From the NCBI GenBank assembly GCA_965213925.1, contig OZ243927.1:2816001-2880000 (forward strand): a stretch of DNA of 64,000 nucleotides, given 5' to 3'. This DNA comes from Trueperaceae bacterium. GTDB lineage: Bacteria; Deinococcota; Deinococci; Deinococcales; Trueperaceae. Below are positions 56,648 through 64,000 of the stretch, in pieces. Made by a program: the position numbers and the translations under genes. Under the pieces are notes generated by a model. The model was not told the DNA's origin and did not search any database. It was given only the letters and a program-made list of their open reading frames with translations. The number at the start of each line of letters is the position of its first letter. The stretch's first letter is position 1.

Positions 56648-57871
56648 GTGATAACAACTATCTTTTTAGTCTTGCTCTACGCTTTAGTTCTGCCTTATAT
56701 CGGTCTGATGTTGATGGTTTTGGTCGGGCTCTTCCGGCGCAACCAGCGCCCTTTCAACCCGGCGACGCCCTCGGTCAGCGTGATTATCCCGGCGCACAAC
56801 GAAGAGGACAAGCTGGGCGCAACCTTAGCCTCACTCTCTGAGCAGCGTTACGACGGTGATTTGGAGTTCGTCATCGTCAATGACCGCTCGCGCGACGCGA
56901 CGGAGGCGATTATTCGAGGTTTTGTAGAACGTGACGCGCGTTTTCGGCTGGTGAACGTGACGGAGCCCAGCCGCCGCTTGGCTCCCAAAGTCAACGCCGT
57001 CAATATCGGTATCGCCAATTCATCAGGTGAGATTATCTTGACGAGCGACGCGGACTGCCAGTACCCCACAAGTTGGGTCAGCGGCATGGTCTCGCACTTC
57101 GAGAAAGACGTGGCGATGGTTGTGGGCTACGTCGAGAGCACGCAGCCCTTTGATGGCGCGGGCGCGGTGCAGCGCTTCGAGTCCACCGACTGGCTCTCTC
57201 TGATGCTCACCTCGATGTCCTTAACACACTTCGGCTGGAAGTTCGCGAGTAGCGCCAACAACCAGGGCTACCGCCGCAGCGCCTTCGAGGAAATCGGCGG
57301 TTTCGGCGCGTCGGGACGTGCGCCCTCGGGCGACGAAGACCTTTTGACGCAGCGTATGGGGCGTCTGCAAGAGGGGCGCATCGTCTTCGCCAGTGACCCT
57401 GCGATTCGCGTTTTTACCCAGCCGATGAAGAGCGCGCTCGCCCTCCTCAATCAGCGCCGCCGCTGGGTTTCGCGCTACCGCCACATCATGCACTACCACC
57501 CCGCGTTTTGGCTAAGCATCTTTATCTTAGGTTTCCAGAGCATCTTTTTATCCGCCGGGATTCTTTTATCGCCCTTCTTCCCGGAGATTGCACCTTATGT
57601 ATTTGGACTCTGGGCGGTGAAGCTCGCCGTAGAATTTTACGGCATGTACGTCGGCACAGGGATTATGGGTCGGCGCGACCTGTGGGGCGTTACGGTCGTC
57701 ACCTGGGCGCTTTTACATCCCTTTTTCATCGCCACCGTCGTCCTCTGGTCGCTTATCAAAACCGGCGAGTGGAAAGCCGGGGCGCAGGGGTACAGAAAAC
57801 GCTTTATCAAGCGGCAAATGAGAGAGATCAAGCGGGAGTGGAAGCGCAAAGTGCGGGGCGGATTGTTGTAA
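56648..57871 (+). CDS. Membrane GT2 glycosyltransferase
   Basis: SVIIPAHNEE, VNDRS.D, SDAD, GDED, QRRRW; N- and C-terminal TM segments. Confidence 0.93.
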   Translation: MITTIFLVLLYALVLPYIGLMLMVLVGLFRRNQRPFNPATPSVSVIIPAHNEEDKLGATLASLSEQRYDGDLEFVIVNDRSRDATEAIIRGFVERDARFRLVNVTEPSRRLAPKVNAVNIGIANSSGEIILTSDADCQYPTSWVSGMVSHFEKDVAMVVGYVESTQPFDGAGAVQRFESTDWLSLMLTSMSLTHFGWKFASSANNQGYRRSAFEEIGGFGASGRAPSGDEDLLTQRMGRLQEGRIVFASDPAIRVFTQPMKSALALLNQRRRWVSRYRHIMHYHPAFWLSIFILGFQSIFLSAGILLSPFFPEIAPYVFGLWAVKLAVEFYGMYVGTGIMGRRDLWGVTVVTWALLHPFFIATVVLWSLIKTGEWKAGAQGYRKRFIKRQMREIKREWKRKVRGGLL

Positions 57872-57924
57872 ATAGGTGGTGTTAAGAACGCCTTAGCATC
57901 TCTTTTTTTCTTTGGAGAGAAATC

Positions 57925-58078
57925 GTGCCAGATATTCAAAGCTTATCGAGCACAACAATTGGGCGAATTTCCAAATTATCGAAACTTGTTCCGCTCTAAG
58001 TGCCAGATATTCTCGCAAAGCTTATCGAGCACAACAATTGGGCGAATTTCCAAATTATCGAAACTTGTTCCGCTCTAA
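57925..58078 (+). repeat. Tandem duplication of the dinB 5' end (75 bp + 79 bp)
   Basis: 57925-57999 equals 58000-58078 except for a missing TCGC. Confidence 0.95.
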
Positions 58079-58500
58079 GTGAAGAGCAACTGGACACCGT
58101 TCCTCTACCCACCTCGAGCTGGAGCATCCGCTACACCTTATTTCATCTCGTCGAGTCGCAAGGGGGTTACCTTTCGCTCTTGACCTCTTCATCCGAGCGG
58201 AAACAGGCTATACCTCTCACCACTTCTTTTACCGAGTTACAGCAAGCAGCCGAAAGGAGCGGAGAGGCGCTGCTCGCCCTCGTCCGAGACGAAACCGGCG
58301 AATACTTCGCTACGCGCATCCAGACAGAGGACGGTTACTTTATAGACCTATGGGTGGTCGTCGTCCAAGCGATTAACCATGCTACAGAGCACCGTAGACA
58401 AATTTGCAGAATGTTGAGAATTTTAGGCGTCACGCCGCCTAGACTCGACGGTTGGGCGTTCGGAGAGGCTGTGAGCGCGGTCCTTCCGATTCGTATTTAA
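58000..58500 (+). CDS. DinB/YfiT family protein
   Basis: HNNWAN, SIRYTLFHL, NHATEHRRQ His triad. Confidence 0.9.
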   Translation: MPDILAKLIEHNNWANFQIIETCSALSEEQLDTVPLPTSSWSIRYTLFHLVESQGGYLSLLTSSSERKQAIPLTTSFTELQQAAERSGEALLALVRDETGEYFATRIQTEDGYFIDLWVVVVQAINHATEHRRQICRMLRILGVTPPRLDGWAFGEAVSAVLPIRI

Positions 58501-58655
58501 GGACGAGGGGCGGCTCGAGCCCCTTCTAACCCATCCTCCGCCCTAAATGGTAAGCTACCCCCGTTAAGACCCGCTACCAAACTGCTACACAACCTGCAGT
58601 TTAGTTTTTCATTCGGGGCTACCTTGTAAAGAACTCACCTAGTACGGAGGCATGT

Positions 58656-59867
58656 ATGAAAGTTATGATTTTAGGCGGAGACGGCTTCTGCGGCTGGCCC
58701 ACGGCGCTGCACCTGTCGAACTTGGGGCACGACGTGATTATTTTGGACAATCTGTCGCGGCGCAACATCGATAACGAACTCGAGGCGGGCTCACTCACCC
58801 CCATCCAACCCATCGGCACGCGCCTCAAAGTATGGCAAGAGGTCTCGGGCGAGACGATAGGCTTTTACAACCTCGATATTGCGCAGGAGTACGAGCGCCT
58901 ACTCCACGTCATTTTGGCGGAAGAACCGGACGCCATCGTCCACTTCGCCGAGCAACGCGCCGCGCCCTACTCGATGAAGTCGCCCAGGCACAAGCGCTAC
59001 ACGGTGGATAATAACCTCAATGCCACCCACAACGTGCTCTGCGCCATCGTCGAATCGGGTTTGGATATTCACGTCGCGCATTTGGGCACAATGGGCGTCT
59101 ACGGTTACGGCACGGCGGGTATGAAAATCCCCGAGGGCTACTTAGATGTCGAGGTTAAGACCGACACGGGCGAGCGCATGATGCAGCAGATTCTCTACCC
59201 GACGAACCCCGGCAGCGTCTACCACATGACCAAGACGCAAGACCAGCTCTTCTTCGCGTACTACAACAAAAACGACAGCGTGAGGGTGACGGACTTGCAC
59301 CAGGGCATCGTCTGGGGCACGAACACTGCCGAGACGAAGCGCGACGAGCGCCTGGTGAACCGCTTCGACTACGACGGCGACTACGGCACCGTCTTGAACC
59401 GCTTCTTGATGCAAGCCGCCGTCGGCTACCCCTTGACCGTGCACGGCACGGGCGGACAGACGCGGGCGTTTATCCATATTCAAGATACGGTCAAGTGCAT
59501 CCAACTTGCGCTGGAAAACCCCCCCGAAAAGGGTGAGCGCGTCAAAATTTTGAACCAGATGACCGAAACCCACCGCGTCCGCGACCTAGCCGAGATGATC
59601 AGCGAGATGACGGGCGCGGAGGTCGCGTATCTGGACAACCCGCGCAAAGAGGCAGCCGAGAACGACCTCCACGTCAAAAACGACCTCTTCTTGGATATGG
59701 GCCTTAACCCGACGACGCTCTCCGAGGGTTTGCTCTTAGAGGTCACGGACATCGCCCGCAAATATAAGGACCGCGCCGACCTGAGCAAAATTCCCTCGAC
59801 CTCCGTGTGGACGAAGGAGCAGAAGGCGGGGATTTTGAAAGATAAGAAGCTCGAGGCGGCGAGTTGA
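58656..59867 (+). CDS. sqdB: UDP-sulfoquinovose synthase
   Basis: GGDGFCGWPTA, SLTPI, HFAEQRAAPYSM, HLGTMGVYG, YHMTK, DLHQGIVWG, RFDYDGDYGTVLNRF. Confidence 0.95.
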   Translation: MKVMILGGDGFCGWPTALHLSNLGHDVIILDNLSRRNIDNELEAGSLTPIQPIGTRLKVWQEVSGETIGFYNLDIAQEYERLLHVILAEEPDAIVHFAEQRAAPYSMKSPRHKRYTVDNNLNATHNVLCAIVESGLDIHVAHLGTMGVYGYGTAGMKIPEGYLDVEVKTDTGERMMQQILYPTNPGSVYHMTKTQDQLFFAYYNKNDSVRVTDLHQGIVWGTNTAETKRDERLVNRFDYDGDYGTVLNRFLMQAAVGYPLTVHGTGGQTRAFIHIQDTVKCIQLALENPPEKGERVKILNQMTETHRVRDLAEMISEMTGAEVAYLDNPRKEAAENDLHVKNDLFLDMGLNPTTLSEGLLLEVTDIARKYKDRADLSKIPSTSVWTKEQKAGILKDKKLEAAS

Positions 59868-59902
59868 CAAGCGAGTGCAAACAGATTCTAATTCCAGACT
59901 CG

Positions 59903-60109
59903 ATACATTGTTAAGTAAAAAATGAGTGATGTCATTCTGAGCGGAACGAAGTGGAGCGTAAGAATCTCGTCTTCCATTCCCTGCTAGCCGAGATTGCAAG
60001 TTACAAGGTTTTGGCATAGCCAAACGAGACCCTTACGCCTTCGCCGAAGCTTCGCTCTACTTCGTGAACAGGGTGACATCAGTGTTACAAAACTTACCTA
60101 ACAATGTAT
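59903..60109. repeat. Nested palindromic REP/MITE-like element between sqdB and sqdX
   Basis: Outer 16-bp IR ATACATTGTTAAGTAA / TTACCTAACAATGTAT; inner arms GATGTCATTCTG..ACGAAGTGGAGCG..AAGAATCTCGT pair with ACGAGACCCTT..CGCTCTACTTCGT..CAGGGTGACATC. Confidence 0.8.
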
Positions 60110-60220
60110 TTAATCTAATAAACGGCTTCTAGCTAAAAGCTAACCGCTAAAAGCCACGTAGACCGAGAAGAAAGGGGTGAAGAGCAAAGCGGAACCTATT
60201 TTTCTCTTTGCCCTTATTTT

Positions 60221-61366
60221 ATGCGCATCGCCCTCTTCACCGAAGTCTTTCTGCCTAAAATCGACGGGGTCGTAACCCGCATTGTGCGCACGCTGGACCA
60301 GTTGCGCGCGCTCGGTCACGAGGCGCTTATCTTTGCGCCGCACAACCCGCCCGAGTCTTACGCAGGATATAAGGTGGTGCGCGTACCGGGCGTGCCCTTC
60401 AAACCTTGGTATCCCGAACTCGTCTTAGGAATGCCGCGCCCGCGTTTGGGGCGCGAGCTGGACGCCTTCGCGCCCGACGTCGTCCACGTAGTCAACCCGG
60501 TGATTTTAGGGCTGTGGGGCACGGCGATTGCCAAGCAGCGCAACTTACCCCTTCTGGCGAGCTTCCACACCGACTTGCCGCAGTACGTGGACCACCTCAA
60601 ACTCGGCTTTCTGAAACCTCTTTCGTACACCTGGATTCGCGACGTACATAACCAAGCGCACGTCAACCTCTGCACGAGCCAGCCGATGGTCAACTCGGCA
60701 CAGGGGCTGGGCATCAAGCGCGTGCGGCTGTGGCCCAAAGCGGTGGATACAGAGACCTATCACCCGGAGAATAAGTCTGCCGCGATGCGCGAGCGACTTT
60801 CGGGCGGACGCCCTGAGCTGCCCCTGATGATCTATGTCGGGCGGCTCTCGCACGAGAAGCGGCTCGAGTGGCTCTACGCCCCCATCACCCAACTCAGCGG
60901 CGTGCGCTTAGCCTTCGTCGGCTCAGGACCGGCGGAAGCGTTTTTGCGCGAGCGTTTCAAGGACACGCCCACGGTTTTTACAGGCTATATGAGCGGGCGA
61001 GACTTAGCCGAGGCGTACGCGAGCGCCGACGTGTTCGCCTTTCCCTCGGATACCGAAACGCTCGGCTTTGTGGCGATGGAGGCGATGGCGTCGGGCATTC
61101 CGGTAGTCGGCGCGCGCGCGGGCGGCATCCCCGACGTCATCACGCCGGGCGAAAACGGCTTTATGTTCACTCCCGGTGACCTGGGCGAGTTGACGGAACA
61201 TCTCAGCGACCTTTTACACGACGCCGAATTGCGCGAGAGGTTGGGACGACAGGCGCGGCAAAGTGTTGAGCACTGGGGCTGGCGAGAGAGTACGCAGGCG
61301 CTGCTCGAGTACTACGAAAGGGCCAAGACCATCCACAAGAGGTACGACCCGCCGAGTCGATACTGA
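60221..61366 (+). CDS. sqdX: GT4 sulfoquinovosyltransferase (SQDG synthase)
   Basis: MRIALFTEVFLPKIDGVVTR, ASFHTDLPQY, YVGRLSHEK, FPSDTETLG..EAMASG; adjacent to sqdB. Confidence 0.85.
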   Translation: MRIALFTEVFLPKIDGVVTRIVRTLDQLRALGHEALIFAPHNPPESYAGYKVVRVPGVPFKPWYPELVLGMPRPRLGRELDAFAPDVVHVVNPVILGLWGTAIAKQRNLPLLASFHTDLPQYVDHLKLGFLKPLSYTWIRDVHNQAHVNLCTSQPMVNSAQGLGIKRVRLWPKAVDTETYHPENKSAAMRERLSGGRPELPLMIYVGRLSHEKRLEWLYAPITQLSGVRLAFVGSGPAEAFLRERFKDTPTVFTGYMSGRDLAEAYASADVFAFPSDTETLGFVAMEAMASGIPVVGARAGGIPDVITPGENGFMFTPGDLGELTEHLSDLLHDAELRERLGRQARQSVEHWGWRESTQALLEYYERAKTIHKRYDPPSRY

Positions 61367-61371
61367 AGGGC

Positions 61372-61458
61372 AGAAGCAAGAAGCAAGAAGTAGGAAGTAG
61401 GAATATGAAGGCTTTTCTCCTTAATTCTTACTTCCTACTTCTTTTTACTTATTCTTCC
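61372..61458. repeat. Heptamer-based palindromic repeat
   Basis: AGAAGCA x2, AGAAGTA, GGAAGTA followed by complementary TACTTCC/TACTTCT units. Confidence 0.75.
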
Positions 61459-61494
61459 GCCGCCCTCCGTCCCCCTTTTGCGGTAGCATAACTC

Positions 61495-62388
61495 ATGGTT
61501 CGCCCCCTCGAGACCCAGCACCTCCCGCCACTCTTAGAGCTGCTCAAACTGCAAGACAGTCACGCAGAGCTGCGCACCATGAGCCCGGAGAGCCGCGAGC
61601 TTGAAGAGTTGGCGCTCGAGCTAGGCGAACTCTCGCCCTACAGCGAGATGTTCCCGTTCGTCTTGGAACGAGGCGGCGACTTCGGCGCGTACGTGGCGTT
61701 ATGCAACTACGGCGGCGAGGCGTTTTTGGAGGGCCCACTGATTCAGCCCGAGTTGGAGGCGGACGCGGTGTATCCCTTAGTCGAAAAGACGGTCGAAGAG
61801 GCGCGGCGCTACGGGTACGGTTTTTTAGAGGCGTTCACCGACGAGGAGAACGAGCGGGCTCAAGAGGTCTTGGGCGCAAACGGCTTCGAGCCCTTTCGCA
61901 CGACCTACATCTACGAATTCACGCGCCAAGACACGCTCAAACCCCTCTCCCCCACTGAGTTCCGCTTCGACCTGTCGGGCGAAATCACCGCCTCGGACTA
62001 CCGCGACCTCTACCGCGAGACGAGCGACAACTGGAGCACGCGCCTAGCCTGGAGCGACGAAGAACTCGCCGAACGCTTCGCCGAGCCGGACGTGAAGCTG
62101 ATGCTGGCATATCAGGGCGAAGAGGTCGTGGGACACTTGGAACTCGAGCTTATTTCTGAGGAGAATTACGCAGAGATCGCCTACTTCGGCGTATTGCCGG
62201 GGGCGAGAGGTCAAAAACTCGGGCGGCAGTTGCTCTTACGCGGTCTCCACGAAGCCCTCAAAGATGAAGGCGTCTCGCTCGTGTTAGCGCGGGCGAACGA
62301 CGACGAACGCGCGGCGTCGTTCGCGCTAGAAAAAACGGGCTTTCACCTCTCGCACGGGGTGATTGCGTGGACGCTCGAGCTGGAGTAA
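61495..62388 (+). CDS. Tandem-domain GNAT acetyltransferase
   Basis: FGVLPGARGQKLGRQL, ALEKTGF; N-terminal degenerate GNAT (ENERAQEVLGANGF). Confidence 0.85.
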   Translation: MVRPLETQHLPPLLELLKLQDSHAELRTMSPESRELEELALELGELSPYSEMFPFVLERGGDFGAYVALCNYGGEAFLEGPLIQPELEADAVYPLVEKTVEEARRYGYGFLEAFTDEENERAQEVLGANGFEPFRTTYIYEFTRQDTLKPLSPTEFRFDLSGEITASDYRDLYRETSDNWSTRLAWSDEELAERFAEPDVKLMLAYQGEEVVGHLELELISEENYAEIAYFGVLPGARGQKLGRQLLLRGLHEALKDEGVSLVLARANDDERAASFALEKTGFHLSHGVIAWTLELE

Positions 62389-62590
62389 ACCGAGCGGACA
62401 TACCGAGTAACGTGTGCGCGACCCTGCACCTTTTCAAAACCGCGACGTTAATTTAATACACCTACGGTAGGCTACCCCCTTGTTTAACGCAATCTTCACA
62501 GAGGCTTGCGTCCTCCCCACTTTCTGCTATTTTGTCTGTGTCCGTAATCACCGACAGGTGAGACATTCACGCAGCATTTGGGAGGCATTT

Positions 62591-64000
62591 GTGTTACGAC
62601 GTTACAAGCTCATTCCGTTTTTCTTTCTATTCATGTTCATGACCGCCTGCGGCGACTTAGGGGGCTCCGCTGTCACCCAGCCCGACGACAACGCTAGTGA
62701 CGCCGCGCCCACGGGCACCTTCGGCGTGAGCGAAGCGTTCGGCGGTCCCTACCTCAGCGACGCGGACGGCGCGATTACCGACGCCAGCGACGCGCGTGTT
62801 GTTTCTGTTGCGCCAGGCGGCTCGTTCTTCGTGCAGGTGGACTACGAAGACCCCAGTGGGATTACTAACATTGATGTGAACTTAGTCAACAGCAGCCCGG
62901 AAGGTTTAGCGGGAACTTTAGACCCGACGCAAAGCTTCTTTACCTTAGGTCAGCCTACGGGCATAAGTGAGCCCAGCGGCTGCGACCTCTCGGACAACCC
63001 TACAAGTGTGTCCTGTATCTATGAGGTCAGGGTAGCGGACGACGCGGTGAACATCACCGAGTTAGACGGTTTAGGTGATGAGTTTGCTTACGTCTTTCGC
63101 ACGCAAGTCACGGATGCTGCTGGCAACACCTCGGATGAGGCGGAGCGGGGCTATGTGGTGGTTACGGGTGGTGATGGGGAGCCTGAACCTACGCCCGAGC
63201 CAGAGACCTGCACGAACCCGGTGGAGATTCCTGACGAGGCGTTAGAGACCGCCCTTCGCGTAGAACTCGGCAAGCCAGAAGGTGACTTGACCTGTGAAGA
63301 CTTGGCGAGCTTAACTGAACTCAACTACAATGGTAGTAATGAAGAGATCGCCAGTATAGGTAGCCTCGAGGGGTTGCAGTACGCGGTCAATTTAGAAGCG
63401 TTAAACCTGTTTGGTAACGATGTTAGCGACCTCAGCCCGCTCCAGAACCTCATAACGCTCACCGTCTTGAACCTCAGCGGCAATATGATTACCGACATCA
63501 GTCCGCTCCAAAACCTCACCAACCTTACCGAACTCGACCTCTCGAACAACGGCCGCCTTGACCGCGAAGCCGATACTCGTCAGGAGCTAAGTGATATCAG
63601 CCCCCTCCAGAGTCTCACCAAGCTTACCTCTTTGAACCTCGGCACGAACGGCAGGATCGGGAACACCTTAGACGGCACGATCAGCGACATCAGCCCCCTT
63701 GGAAACCTCACCAACCTCACCTTTTTAGAGCTTGGCGGCAACGACGTCAGCGACATCAGTCCGCTCCGAAACCTCACCAACCTCACCGAGCTTAGCCTCT
63801 TCAATAACGAACTCACCGACCTCGGCGGGCTCCAGGACCTCACCAACCTGACCGAGCTCAATATCGGTACGAATGAGCTTGAAAACGACCTCGACGGGCT
63901 CCAGAATCTCACGAACCTCGTCCGCTTGGATGCGTCCGATAGCGGGGTCGTTGACATCGGCGCGCTCCAAAACCTCACGCGCCTCTCTGTGCTCAATCTC
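62591..64000 (+). CDS. Internalin-like leucine-rich-repeat lipoprotein, truncated at window end and absent from the ORF track
   Basis: GGAGG RBS and GTG; MLRRYKLIPFFFLFMFMTAC lipobox; cap IPDEALETALRVEL; 22-aa repeats such as ISPLQNLTNLTELDLSNN. Confidence 0.92.
   Translation, partial: MLRRYKLIPFFFLFMFMTACGDLGGSAVTQPDDNASDAAPTGTFGVSEAFGGPYLSDADGAITDASDARVVSVAPGGSFFVQVDYEDPSGITNIDVNLVNSSPEGLAGTLDPTQSFFTLGQPTGISEPSGCDLSDNPTSVSCIYEVRVADDAVNITELDGLGDEFAYVFRTQVTDAAGNTSDEAERGYVVVTGGDGEPEPTPEPETCTNPVEIPDEALETALRVELGKPEGDLTCEDLASLTELNYNGSNEEIASIGSLEGLQYAVNLEALNLFGNDVSDLSPLQNLITLTVLNLSGNMITDISPLQNLTNLTELDLSNNGRLDREADTRQELSDISPLQSLTKLTSLNLGTNGRIGNTLDGTISDISPLGNLTNLTFLELGGNDVSDISPLRNLTNLTELSLFNNELTDLGGLQDLTNLTELNIGTNELENDLDGLQNLTNLVRLDASDSGVVDIGALQNLTRLSVLNL

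Noticed and set aside
63325..63996. Repetitive minus-strand ORFs (VRLVRFWSGLMS...)
   Set aside because: Antisense shadows of the plus-strand LRR gene
63400..64000. Roughly 66-bp periodic DNA repeats as a possible CRISPR array
   Set aside because: Repeats are codon-degenerate, match 22-aa LRR units and have no unique spacers; no cas genes in the window

Overview
A 64 kb chromosomal window from a roughly 60% GC bacterium, most likely Deinococcota (Truepera-like). This is inferred from gene content and from many leaderless genes with a TAnnnT box 5-7 nt before the start codon. It is mostly housekeeping: galK, two acyl-CoA dehydrogenases, folE, recX, holA/holB, hisF/hisIE, a transsulfuration enzyme, glpX, hemY, mobA, ppc, dxs, aspartate kinase, an MrfA-like helicase and sqdB/sqdX. 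Accessory material is interleaved: a complete IS1-family element with an 8-bp target duplication, a helicase-less type ISP/IIG-like R-M gene, three toxin-antitoxin pairs, two Uma2 nucleases, an AlbA_2 gene with a nonsense codon, and several MITE/REP-like repeats. The most unusual observation is an intact 939-aa P-type ATPase homologue that has lost the phosphorylated Asp and its ion-binding residues, in an operon with YqhA and small membrane proteins. Other highlights are a HEPN(RxxxxH)-CBS fusion, sulfolipid genes, a roughly five-fold excess of CTCGAG, and a frameshifted aspartate kinase with an intact nested beta subunit. There is also a 5' duplication of dinB, unannotated Lon and cytochrome P460-like remnants, and an internalin-like LRR lipoprotein missed by the ORF track. 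No rRNA, tRNA or CRISPR array was seen. All family calls come from motif recognition by eye, not database searches.
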